Assembly: GCA_963705505.1 (NCBI GenBank)
Contig: CAVPJU010000003.1
Coordinates: 128,001 to 192,000, forward strand
From: an uncultured bacterium
Lineage (GTDB): Bacteria > Desulfobacterota_D > UBA1144 > Nemesobacterales > UBA2774
Length of the DNA: 64,000 nucleotides
Direction of reading: 5' to 3'
The stretch's first letter is position 1. Every line of letters begins with the position of its first letter. Of this stretch, positions 1-8,460 are shown piece after piece. A program made the translations under genes and the position numbers. The notes under the pieces were generated by a model. It was not told where the DNA came from. It saw only the letters and a program-made list of their open reading frames with translations, and did not search any database.

Positions 1-30
1 TTCTTCCGGTGTGGGAATTTGTTTTTCCAT
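1..30 (-). CDS. Possible N-terminus of a gene running off the left edge (MEKQIPTPEE...)
   Basis: ATG at 30 with open frame to the edge, divergent from gshB; only 10 codons visible. Confidence 0.3.
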   Translation of the reverse strand, partial: MEKQIPTPEE

Positions 31-203
31 ATTTAATCCCGCCTGCTGACACTCCGATCAACAATATCGATTGTAAAAGTATACATGAAGCTTAAATGCG
101 GTTTAACTTATATTGATGAATTCCATATAGGAGTTTATTTGTCCGCAACAATAAAATTCGGTAGAATCAAACGGAATCTTTTTCGGCAGGGAGGATATGT
201 GAA

Positions 204-1154
204 ATGAAGCTCAAAATGGCGTTCGTCATGGACCCGGTGGGGACCATAAATACTGAGAAGGACACGACATACGTCCTGATGCTCGAAGCTCAGGCGAGGG
301 GACACGAAGTCCGGTACCTCGAGCATAAAGACATCTTCGTGAAAGATACGAGGGTGTACGGCAACGCAGCTGAAATCAAACTAAAGAGGGGAACGGATCA
401 TTACAAGCTCGGCCCGGTAGAAACTATTAGTCTGGATACATTCGATGCCGTGTGGATGAGAAAAGACCCCCCCTTCAACCAGGACTACATCTATGCGACC
501 TACATTTTGAGCCTCATAGACCAGAATAGAACGAAAGTGATAAACAACCCCCGCGGTATCAGGGAGTCCAATGAAAAGCTCTACACGCTATATTTCCCCG
601 AATTGATACCGAGCTCGATAGTAACCAAGGACATACCGCAGCTCAATAAATTCCTCGCAGAGGTGGGGGGGGAAATAGTGGTGAAACCGCTCGACGGGCA
701 CGGCGGAGAGGGGGTCTTTTACGTGCGGGAGGGGGACAGGAACTCTAACGTAATACTGGAGACCGTCACGAATTCGGGAAGACAGTTCGTGCTCGCGCAG
801 AAGTTCATAAAAGAGGTGAGCGAGGGGGATAAGAGGATAATAATATTAAACGGTGAACCCCTCGGCGCGGTACTGAGGGTGCCGAAGCCCGGAGGGGAAT
901 TCAGGTGCAATTTCCATTCCGGAGGGAGCCCCGCGAAATCAGAGCTTACGGACAGGGACCTGAAAATTTGTAGGGCGCTGTCGCTGAGACTCAAGAAGGA
1001 CGGTCTCTATTTCGTCGGCATCGACGTCATAGGCGGATACATAACGGAGATAAATACGACGAGCCCCACGGGGGTTCAGGAGATCAACAGACTCAACGGA
1101 GTGAAGCTCGAAGAGGAAATCATAGATTTCGCAGAGGAGCTCTGCTCGTTTTGA
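204..1154 (+). CDS. gshB: Glutathione synthetase
   Basis: FVMDP...KDTT N-terminus, MRKDPP, NEKL, KPLDGHGG, EINTTSPTG motifs; 316 aa. Confidence 0.95.
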   Translation: MKLKMAFVMDPVGTINTEKDTTYVLMLEAQARGHEVRYLEHKDIFVKDTRVYGNAAEIKLKRGTDHYKLGPVETISLDTFDAVWMRKDPPFNQDYIYATYILSLIDQNRTKVINNPRGIRESNEKLYTLYFPELIPSSIVTKDIPQLNKFLAEVGGEIVVKPLDGHGGEGVFYVREGDRNSNVILETVTNSGRQFVLAQKFIKEVSEGDKRIIILNGEPLGAVLRVPKPGGEFRCNFHSGGSPAKSELTDRDLKICRALSLRLKKDGLYFVGIDVIGGYITEINTTSPTGVQEINRLNGVKLEEEIIDFAEELCSF

Positions 1155-1210
1155 GGTCTGAATAATTTCTCGTAAAACATCTGTCAGTGCGGAGAAACCG
1201 GGAGCAGCGA

Positions 1211-1501
1211 ATGAAAATCACAAGGGATGACGTAATCAAGGTCGCAGAGCTGGCGAGGCTCGAATTCAAAGAGGAGGAGCTCGGAAAATTCACTGAGCAG
1301 CTCGGCAATATTCTTACATACATCGGGAAGTTAAACGAGCTCGATACCAAAGATGTCGAACCCACCTCCCACGTGCTCGATCTCGCCACACCGCTCAGGG
1401 AAGACGCGGTCGAGGACTGGCTCACAGTGGGCGAGGTCCTGGAGAATGCGCCCCGGGAGGAAGACGGGTTCTTCGTCGTCCCCCAGGTGATCGAGGATTA
1501 A
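1211..1501 (+). CDS. gatC: Asp/Glu-tRNA amidotransferase subunit C
   Basis: VAELARL, VEPTSH, LRED, FFVVPQVI; directly upstream of gatA; ATG 1211 chosen. Confidence 0.95.
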   Translation: MKITRDDVIKVAELARLEFKEEELGKFTEQLGNILTYIGKLNELDTKDVEPTSHVLDLATPLREDAVEDWLTVGEVLENAPREEDGFFVVPQVIED

Positions 1502-1513
1502 GGAGAATTTCGA

Positions 1514-2974
1514 ATGGAACTCCCGTTTTTATCGATAGGGGAAGCCTCGCGGCTTATAAAGAAAAAGGAGATTTCCCCTGAAGAGCTCACAGAGTCGGTC
1601 CTCGATAGGATTACAAAGCTCGACGGGGAGCTCAATTCCTATATCACTGTGATGGGGGAAAAAGCCCTGGAATCGGCCAGAAAAGCCGGGGAGGAAATTT
1701 CCTCGGGCAGCTACCGCGGCCCCCTGCACGGTATCCCGTTAGGCTTAAAGGACATATTCGTTATGAAGGGCGTCCCCGCTACATGCGGTTCGAAAATGTT
1801 GGAGAACTTCTTCCCGCCCTACGACGCCACGGTAACTAAAAAGCTTCTCGACGCAGGGGCGGTTATAGTCGGCAAGAACAATATGGACGAGTTCGCAATG
1901 GGCTCATCGACGGAAACCTCCTACTTCGGTCCTGCAAAGAATCCCTGGGACACGGCAAGGGTGCCCGGCGGCTCAAGCGGAGGTTCAGCGGCTGCGACAG
2001 CGGCATCCCTCTGCCTCGGTTCCGTAGGCACGGATACCGGAGGCTCGATAAGACAGCCCGCCTCATTCTGCGGCGTCGTCGGGATGAAGCCCACATACGG
2101 GCGCGTGAGCAGGTTCGGAATGATAGCGTTCGCATCTTCCCTCGACCAGGCGGGCCCTATAACAAAAACAGTCGAGGATGCCGCCCTGATCCTGAATGCG
2201 ATCTCGGGTCACGACCGGAGGGACTCTACATGCGTGAATGCTCCGGTGCCCGACTATACGCAGAGTCTTAAAGACAGTATAAAGGGGATGAAAATCGGAG
2301 TGCCCAGGGAATATTTCATTCCCGGTATGGACAGAGAGGTCGAAGAGGCCGCGAAAAAGGCGATCGCTCTCGTCGAAGACCTGGGGGGCGATGTAATCGA
2401 GATATCCCTGCCACATACGGAATACGCGGTCCTGACCTACTATATCATCGCGCCCTCGGAGGCGAGCTCGAACCTCGCCCGCTACGACGGCGTGAAATAC
2501 GGATACCGGACGGCTGATGCAGAAACGCTCAGGGACATGTACTTCAAGACGAGGGCGGAAGGGTTCGGGAACGAAGTAAAGAGGAGGATAATGCTCGGCA
2601 CTTACGCTCTTTCGGCAGGCTACTATGACGCCTATTATCTGAAGGCTCAGAGAGTGAGGACGCTCATAAAAAGGGATTTCGAAGAGGCGTTCAAGAAGGT
2701 CGATGTGATTATGGCGCCCACGGCGCCCGAGGTGGCTTTCAGGTTCGGAGAAAAAACCGGTGACCCGATAAAGATGTATCTGTCAGACGTCCTTACCATA
2801 CCCTGCAACATAGCCGGGCTTCCTGGGATATCCATCCCCTGCGGATTCTCCTCAAACGGACTGCCCATAGGGATTCAGGTCCTCGGGAAACCTTTCGACG
2901 AAGAAGCTGTAATCCATGTGGCACACGCATACGAGCAGCACTCCAAATGGTACCAAAAGAGACCCCCGATTTAA
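1514..2974 (+). CDS. gatA: Asp/Glu-tRNA amidotransferase subunit A
   Basis: Amidase signature [49 protein letters not shown]. Confidence 0.97.
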   Translation: MELPFLSIGEASRLIKKKEISPEELTESVLDRITKLDGELNSYITVMGEKALESARKAGEEISSGSYRGPLHGIPLGLKDIFVMKGVPATCGSKMLENFFPPYDATVTKKLLDAGAVIVGKNNMDEFAMGSSTETSYFGPAKNPWDTARVPGGSSGGSAAATAASLCLGSVGTDTGGSIRQPASFCGVVGMKPTYGRVSRFGMIAFASSLDQAGPITKTVEDAALILNAISGHDRRDSTCVNAPVPDYTQSLKDSIKGMKIGVPREYFIPGMDREVEEAAKKAIALVEDLGGDVIEISLPHTEYAVLTYYIIAPSEASSNLARYDGVKYGYRTADAETLRDMYFKTRAEGFGNEVKRRIMLGTYALSAGYYDAYYLKAQRVRTLIKRDFEEAFKKVDVIMAPTAPEVAFRFGEKTGDPIKMYLSDVLTIPCNIAGLPGISIPCGFSSNGLPIGIQVLGKPFDEEAVIHVAHAYEQHSKWYQKRPPI

Positions 2975-3052
2975 GGTTCGTTATGAATCTCGTATAAATT
3001 TATTTATATATAGCTGCGCGGTTAAGCGGAATGAAAGAACGAGGAGAATGAA

Positions 3053-3241
3053 ATGGCTGAGAAGAAAAAGGTATGCATGATTTGCGGAAAACCGTCTGAA
3101 TCCTCTATCTGTGATGAGTGCAAGGCGAAGATTCAGGGAGAGGCGGCCGGCGAGAAGCAGAAAGTAGAGAAGCAGGTCAGGGTCGGCTCTGAAGTGGAGA
3201 AGGACAGGTTAGTGAAAAAGCATTTAAAAGAAAAAAAGTAA
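3053..3241 (+). CDS. Small hypothetical protein with CxxC-x8-CxxC putative zinc site
   Basis: GAGGAG RBS; CMICGKPSESSICDEC followed by a charged helix. Confidence 0.7.
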   Translation: MAEKKKVCMICGKPSESSICDECKAKIQGEAAGEKQKVEKQVRVGSEVEKDRLVKKHLKEKK

Positions 3242-3261
3242 AAGACTATTCCGTACTTATT

Positions 3262-4102
3262 TTATCCCTGCCCCCAGATATCGAGCGCCCTCTTGTACGT
3301 CTTACTCTTAGAATAGCCCGAACCCTCGGAAACTTTTTTTACCGCGTCTTTAAGACTGAGCCCGCTTTTCTTATAGGCGCCGAGCATCTTGTCAATGTTC
3401 TCCGAATCGACTCCCCCTGCTTTCGGCCGGAGCTCCCTCTACTACGAGTGTCACCTCGCCCTTTATCTCGCTCCGCTTACCGAGAGTTTCCAGAACCCCT
3501 GAAATCTTCCCCCGCAGTGTCTCTTCATAGAGCTTCGTTATCTCGCGGCTGAACGAAATGTTCCTGTCCCCGAACACTTCAAGCATCACGCGGAGGGTCT
3601 TCATAACCCTGTTTGGCGATTCATAGAATACGAGCGTCTCGGGATAACTTTTTATAGTCCCGAGATAATCAGTCAACCGCTTCTTCGTCCGCGGGAGGAA
3701 CCCGAAGAACGCGAAGCTCGACGTGGGAAGCCCCGAGACGCAGAGCGCAGACACGACTGCCGAGGGGCCCGGAACGGGGAGCACGTCGATACCGTGTTCG
3801 GATGCGAGTTTGACGAGCCTGTATCCGGGGTCTGAAATGCCGGGGGTGCCGGCGTCGGAAACCATTGCTATGCTCTTTCCCCCTTCGAGCAGCGAGAGGA
3901 GCTCTTTTGACTTTTCAATCTCATTGTGTTCGTGGTATCCGATGAGTGGCTTATCGATCGCGTAGCGGGAAAGGAGCTTCCTCGTCGTTCTCGTGTCTTC
4001 GCACGCTATCAGGTCGGCTTCTTTAAGTATTCTGATTGCCCTGAGTGTGATATCTTCGAGGTTCCCTATAGGGGTTGAAACGATGTAAAGCTTTCCGCTC
4101 AT
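3262..4102 (-). CDS. rsmI: 16S rRNA C1402 2'-O-methyltransferase, with an apparent +1 frameshift near 3412-3423
   Basis: LYIVSTPIGNLEDIT, ACEDTR, VSDAGTPGISDPG, YESP, SREITK; the typical C-terminal tail (GLSLKDAVKKVSEGSGYSKSKTYKRAL) continues in another frame to TAA at 3262. Confidence 0.92.
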
Positions 4103-4211
4103 CTGGTCTGAGAATAAATCAATACCGGTACTTCAATAATTACATTATAGCCTTAAACCGTATCGACCCTTTATCGGCCTGTGAAACAAATTACCGCCGA
4201 TTCCGACATGA

Positions 4212-4703
4212 CTAATCCACGTTGCATCTCTTATTCGACTCGTAGTTTATGCACTTATCCTGGTCTTTTCCGCCGTCAATGCTGTCAGTGCCCATTCCCC
4301 CGTCGAGGAAGTCCTCGCCATCGTTGCCTTCAAGATAATCATTACCGTCGCCGCCATAAACGACATCGTTGCCTTTTCCGCCTCTGATATCGTCATTCCC
4401 GGCGTCTCCGTAGAGGATATCATCGTCCGCACCACCCGTAATGGTATCATTACCGTCGCCGCCACAAATAACGTCATCGCCGTCAAGCCCTTTGATCTGG
4501 TCATTGCCCCCGAGACCTACAATCACATCCGGGCCAAGTGACCCGTTCAGAGTATCGTCTCCGTTTGTGCCCACGATAGTCGGCGTTTTCCCCTGGCAGG
4601 TGGGCGGAGGCTGCTGAGCCTGATTCGTTGGTGCAGCGTATGAATTGAACACAAACAGTGTTATAGCTAATAAACCGGAAATGCTCATTATTATCCTTTT
4701 CAT
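4212..4703 (-). CDS. Secreted protein with RTX/hemolysin-type Ca-binding nonapeptide repeats
   Basis: Signal peptide; CQGKTPTIVGT followed by repeated GGxGxDxI/L units. Confidence 0.85.
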   Translation of the reverse strand: MKRIIMSISGLLAITLFVFNSYAAPTNQAQQPPPTCQGKTPTIVGTNGDDTLNGSLGPDVIVGLGGNDQIKGLDGDDVICGGDGNDTITGGADDDILYGDAGNDDIRGGKGNDVVYGGDGNDYLEGNDGEDFLDGGMGTDSIDGGKDQDKCINYESNKRCNVD

Positions 4704-4832
4704 GTCACCCCTCGCTAAGACTGTTTATCTAATTCCAATTAAACTCCCAGAGGGGAGAAAAGTCAAGCAAGAACGTCTAGTTATGATGAAGATTAAATCT
4801 TGCCGGATATTGGATCGTATATATGAATAATA

Positions 4833-5036
4833 TGGCGGAGGGCGAGGGATTCGAACCCCCAAGTCCTTTCGGACGCCGGTTTTCAAGACCTAATTAGCAT
4901 ACATTCCTAACTTTCCGGAATCGCTCGAATATTTCTAATCCCCATTCAACAAACGATTTCCATCTATTCCATATGGTCTATTGATTCCGTGTGGTACAAA
5001 TAATTATGGATGGTTCTTAGAAAATGCTTAGAAAGG
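4833..5036 (-). repeat. att-like repeat copy 1: tRNA-Ser 3' fragment (4833-4890) plus conserved arm
   Basis: 58 bp match to tRNA 8142-8199 with one mismatch, then an arm homologous to 7093-7242 ending TTCTTAGAAAATGCTTAGAAAGG. Confidence 0.92.
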
Positions 5037-5043
5037 ATTTGTA

Positions 5044-5370
5044 TCACAGACCAGATAACTTCGAATCATCTCGATACTTACACCAACCACATTCCGAACT
5101 ATGAGGAGGTGGTTCCGGTAAGTCCAGGATGTCCGGAACATCTCCAAGAAATTTTTTGAAGGCAATGTCATCACGCTTAACTTCCGTCCACGACACATTT
5201 CCAGATCGGTCTGCTATGTCTCCTGCTGAATATATAGCCGCTATAGTTTCACGCATTTTATGAGTCCAGTTGAACTGTGTCAATTTAGAATATGAGGAAG
5301 CCTTTCGTGAAGACCGGAGCCCGACCGATTTCAGGGTTAAGTCAGCATACACCGACAAATATTCACTCAA
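5044..5370 (-). pseudogene. Probable C-terminal remnant of a PD-(D/E)XK nuclease-family protein
   Basis: Tail WTEVKRDDIAFKKFL...PEPPPHSSECGWCKYR resembles Cas4/AddB-like nuclease ends; the N-terminal half does not look protein-like. Confidence 0.45.
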
Positions 5371-5430
5371 TAATCATGAAACAAGCATTATAATTATTCA
5401 GCGAAATTTATACCCCAGACGAGGCGGATC

Positions 5431-6912
5431 ATGAGTAAGAAATATGTATCGGTAATATCAGGATTTATCCTTGCGCTTGGACTCTGCGCAATCATAAGCT
5501 TTCAGAACAGCTCTGCAATGGCCGAGAGCGGCAACAGGAAGGAAGATTACACACCGGAGCAGGTGAAAACCCTCAAGAACTGGACTTATTCTCTCGCCCT
5601 TGATGCCGCCACCTGGGGTAGTCCGGCTGTCATTATGTACAACTTGCGGGCCCTCGATGCTTTCGGGTCGAGGCCCAAGGCTGCGCCAAACTCAATCTGG
5701 CGCATGGAAGACATCTCTACCCCCGAACTTTCGGTCGAGGCGGGTTACGTAACACCCAACGTCAATGTGATATATGGCTTTGGCTTCCTCGATCTCGAGC
5801 AGGAGCCGATCATACTGACCGCCCCCGATTCCCACGGACGTTACTATATGGTGGAAATCGTGGACATGTATACCAACGCATTCGCATACGTGGGAGGAAC
5901 GGTTACGGGTTACAAGGGGGGTAAATTTGCTCTAGTCGGCCCGGGTTTCAAGGGCAAACTCCCGGACGATGTCAAAATTATCAATTGCCCCACCCGCTGG
6001 GTGCTGATCCAACCGCGGGTGCGTGTTTTCGACAAGGCCGATCTGCCGGCGGCGAGAGAAGTCCTGCAAGATATTAAAGTGGAGGGGCTGGCCAAGCACA
6101 CAGACCAACCCGCGCCCCCTGCGCCCGAGTATCACTATCTAATCCCAAAGGTGACGGACTCCAAACAACCTGCCAGCGCCATGAATTACGAGGACCCCCT
6201 CCAGTTCTGGGAAATCCTCTCGGCAGTGATAAACGAGAATCCGCCACCTGCGGATCAGGTGACGGCTCTGCTGCCGTACTATAGGTCTCTAGGTATAGAG
6301 CTCGGCAAGAGCTGGGACAGATCAAAGCTCAATCCAACTGTGGTCGATGCAATGAGGCAGGCAGCCGCCGACATCGGACCAATGTTGAGCAACCTGCCCA
6401 CCGAGCGAATTGCGAACGGCTGGTTCATGCCGCCTCCGACCATCGGCAACTCGCAGACGGATTACAAGACACGTGCTGTCGTCGCTCGAGTCGGTCTTAC
6501 GGCCAACGTACCGAGTGAAGCGATCTACTACCTGAGCACGGTGGACAGCAGCGGCAACCAGTTCGACGGCACCAAACAATACACGATTACATTTCAGAAA
6601 ACGCCGCCCTTCATTGCACCGGGTTTCTGGTCGCTTACGATGTACGATGCCACAAACAATTACACTGTACCAAATCCTATAAACCGTTATTTTCTGGGGA
6701 GCGATACCGGAATGAAAACGAATAAGGACGGGTCGCTCACAATATACATTCAACAGAAGAGCCCTGGCACGGATAAGGAATCAAATTGGCTGCCCGCACC
6801 CCCCAAGCCGTTTTATCTCATCCTCCGTTCCTATGCGCCGGCACCCGCTATGATTGAATCCTTATCAGGGGGTAAGGGGTATATACCCCCTCCGGTAGTG
6901 GAAACGAAATAG
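5431..6912 (+). CDS. Exported DUF1254/DUF1214 domain protein
   Basis: Signal peptide; TPNVNVIY, LDL..EP, GRYY...DMYTN, FWSLTMYD, NWLPAP, LRSYAP. Confidence 0.88.
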   Translation: MSKKYVSVISGFILALGLCAIISFQNSSAMAESGNRKEDYTPEQVKTLKNWTYSLALDAATWGSPAVIMYNLRALDAFGSRPKAAPNSIWRMEDISTPELSVEAGYVTPNVNVIYGFGFLDLEQEPIILTAPDSHGRYYMVEIVDMYTNAFAYVGGTVTGYKGGKFALVGPGFKGKLPDDVKIINCPTRWVLIQPRVRVFDKADLPAAREVLQDIKVEGLAKHTDQPAPPAPEYHYLIPKVTDSKQPASAMNYEDPLQFWEILSAVINENPPPADQVTALLPYYRSLGIELGKSWDRSKLNPTVVDAMRQAAADIGPMLSNLPTERIANGWFMPPPTIGNSQTDYKTRAVVARVGLTANVPSEAIYYLSTVDSSGNQFDGTKQYTITFQKTPPFIAPGFWSLTMYDATNNYTVPNPINRYFLGSDTGMKTNKDGSLTIYIQQKSPGTDKESNWLPAPPKPFYLILRSYAPAPAMIESLSGGKGYIPPPVVETK

Positions 6913-7037
6913 GAGCCGAATCAAGCAGCGATATAATGTAATGAATCTGTTATTGTCACTCCGCTCGTATCGACAAACTAAAAGAATTTTATACCTGATT
7001 GTTCACTCCGCCCATATTGTCAATGTGGTCTAATCTA

Positions 7038-7242
7038 TGGCGGAGGGCGAGGGATTCGAACCCCCAAGTCCTTGCGGACGCCGGTTTTCAAGTCCTATTC
7101 AGTGTGTATTCATAACTTTCCGGAGTCACTGAAATATTTGTAAACACACTTAAAAAAACGATTTCCATCTATTACATCTGGTTCAATTGGTTCTATATGG
7201 TGACAAGAATTATGGATGGTTCTTAGAAAATGCTTAGAAAGG
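7038..7242 (-). repeat. att-like repeat copy 2: tRNA-Ser 3' fragment (7038-7092) plus conserved arm
   Basis: 55 bp identical to tRNA 8142-8196, ending exactly at the anticodon-loop edge; arm homologous to 4891-5036. Confidence 0.92.
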
Positions 7243-7353
7243 CAAATTCAGCAATATATTGATATGCCTGCAAACTAATCGCAATAAACTACAATTATTA
7301 GATAATTATGGCGGTGTCTGTTTGAAAATATCCGAACCGAAATCGCTGGGCTC

Positions 7354-7534
7354 GGCGGGCGGAATTCCCCCCAGACCCCCCTTCCGCCCGCCTCGCCTAC
7401 CCGACGAATAGGCGGGAAGCGGAAGCGAAAAGGGCGATTTCAAGTTTTTCGCGGGCGAAGCCCGCAAGGAAAATCATAAATGATTTTCCTCTTTGGTGGT
7501 ATATTCTTTTGTGAAAATTTTTGATTCAAAAATT
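7354..7534. repeat. Cluster of inverted repeats
   Basis: GGCGGGCGGAA/TTCCGCCCGCC (7354-7392), GCGGGC-GAA-GCCCGC (7451-7465), AGGAAAATCAT-AA-ATGATTTTCCT (7467-7490), AATTTTTGA-T-TCAAAAATT (7516-7534). Confidence 0.85.
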
Positions 7535-7600
7535 GAAAAAGAAAAAGGCTCCGTGCGAAACTTCCGCAAGGGGCCCGGGTGCGAGACACGTTGGACTCGC

Positions 7601-7945
7601 TTACTCTTGCCTGACTATGTCGACCGAGATCTCCACCGCCGGAATCGTTCCTCTGTTTTCAAGCCAGTGTGTGGTGTTCCTATCCTCGGGCCAGCCCACT
7701 CCCGGCCCATAGTCAGTAGCGACGCCATTTCGATGGTCAGTGATCGTTCCTTGCAGTATATAGACGGTGCCTGGTCTGTCTTTATGGTCGTGAATCGGGC
7801 CGAAGACGCCTCCAGGTTCGATGGTCACCATACGCATTCGAAGTTGGCGCCCTGCCATGCCCTCGATCTCGGGGCCAAGGTCAACCGTTGCAAGTAACTT
7901 CACCGTAACACCTTTCGTCTCAGGTGCCACCTGTTCGTTGTTCAT
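7601..7945 (-). CDS. Cupin domain protein
   Basis: GAGGAGG RBS before ATG 7945; IEPGG...HDH..RPGTVYILQG and HWLENRG cupin motifs. Confidence 0.88.
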   Translation of the reverse strand: MNNEQVAPETKGVTVKLLATVDLGPEIEGMAGRQLRMRMVTIEPGGVFGPIHDHKDRPGTVYILQGTITDHRNGVATDYGPGVGWPEDRNTTHWLENRGTIPAVEISVDIVRQE

Positions 7946-8141
7946 CGTGTCCTCCTCTTTGTAACTTCCAGGGCCTAACATAGAATTACGTTACAATCTT
8001 ACTAGATGACAACAAATTTCTTAAATTTCTTCTAGAAAAGCCCGCTTTTGGCCTTACCTGAATTCAAAACGGCTTGAATTTTTGGCGAAAAACGGCTGGC
8101 GAGCCCGCGTAGCAGGCGAGCCGACAAACGCATTTCCTAAC

Positions 8142-8227
8142 TGGCGGAGGGCGAGGGATTCGAACCCCCAAGTCCTTGCGGACGCCGGTTTTCAAGACCG
8201 GTGCATTAGCCGTTCTGCCAGCCCTCC
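8142..8227 (-). tRNA. tRNA-Ser(UGA)
   Basis: GGAGGGC acceptor strand; anticodon arm CCGGT-CTTGAAA-ACCGG; long variable arm GTCC-GCAA-GGAC; GTTCGAATC T-loop; G discriminator plus CCA. Confidence 0.96.
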
Positions 8228-8313
8228 GGGGCTCATCGTTATCAGGTACTTACGGGATTTACGGCTATTCTCATAAATGGTTTTTCTAGTAAATTTCTAG
8301 TCGGACTTGGAGA

Positions 8314-8342
8314 ATTGTACTTTATCCCTTCTAGCCATGCAA
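8314..8342 (-). promoter_or_regulatory. Sigma70-like promoter pointing at tRNA-Ser
   Basis: TTGCAT-N17-TACAAT on the minus strand, -10 box about 85 nt upstream of the tRNA. Confidence 0.55.
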
Positions 8343-8354
8343 GGAGAGTGGGTC

Positions 8355-8420
8355 ATGGCCGGTTTATCGAAGAAGGGCAAAGTTTATTACGCGATATTTA
8401 ACATCGGTGGTGGGGCTTGA
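8355..8420 (+). pseudogene. Short stub resembling a tyrosine-integrase N-terminus (MAGLSKKGKVYYAIFNIGG)
   Basis: AAGGAG RBS; basic/aromatic beta pattern like integrase arm-binding N-termini; next to tRNA and att-like repeats; stops after 21 codons. Confidence 0.4.
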
Positions 8421-8446
8421 CATGGTTTAGCCACCTATACGATAAT
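8417..8446 (+). promoter_or_regulatory. Sigma70-like promoter for ORF 8461
   Basis: TTGACA-N18-GATAAT. Confidence 0.45.
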
Positions 8447-8460
8447 CTGTAATTAGAATC

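Larger units (their letters stand above)
4833..7037. mobile_element. Integrase-less tRNA-Ser-integrated unit B (2205 bp)
   Basis: Bounded by tRNA 3' duplications at 4833 and 7038; carries a DUF1254/DUF1214 gene and a nuclease-like remnant. Confidence 0.7.
7038..8141. mobile_element. Integrase-less tRNA-Ser-integrated unit A (1104 bp)
   Basis: Lies between the intact tRNA 3' end and repeat copy 2; carries one cupin gene and a palindrome cluster. Confidence 0.7.

Noticed and set aside
7300..7315. ATAATTATGGCGG as a fourth tRNA fragment
   Set aside because: Only about 6 bp match the tRNA end, which is within chance
4833..8227. Three repeats as a CRISPR array or as three tRNA genes
   Set aside because: Spacing is 1-2 kb, the repeats are tRNA 3' halves lacking the D-arm and 5' acceptor strand, and there are no cas genes
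8142..8227. tRNA-Sec or opal suppressor
   Set aside because: The anticodon is UGA (reads UCA, Ser), not UCA; the acceptor stem is a normal 7 bp
8082..8276. 64-aa ORF as a real gene
   Set aside because: It is mostly the antisense of the tRNA; at most a relic tail
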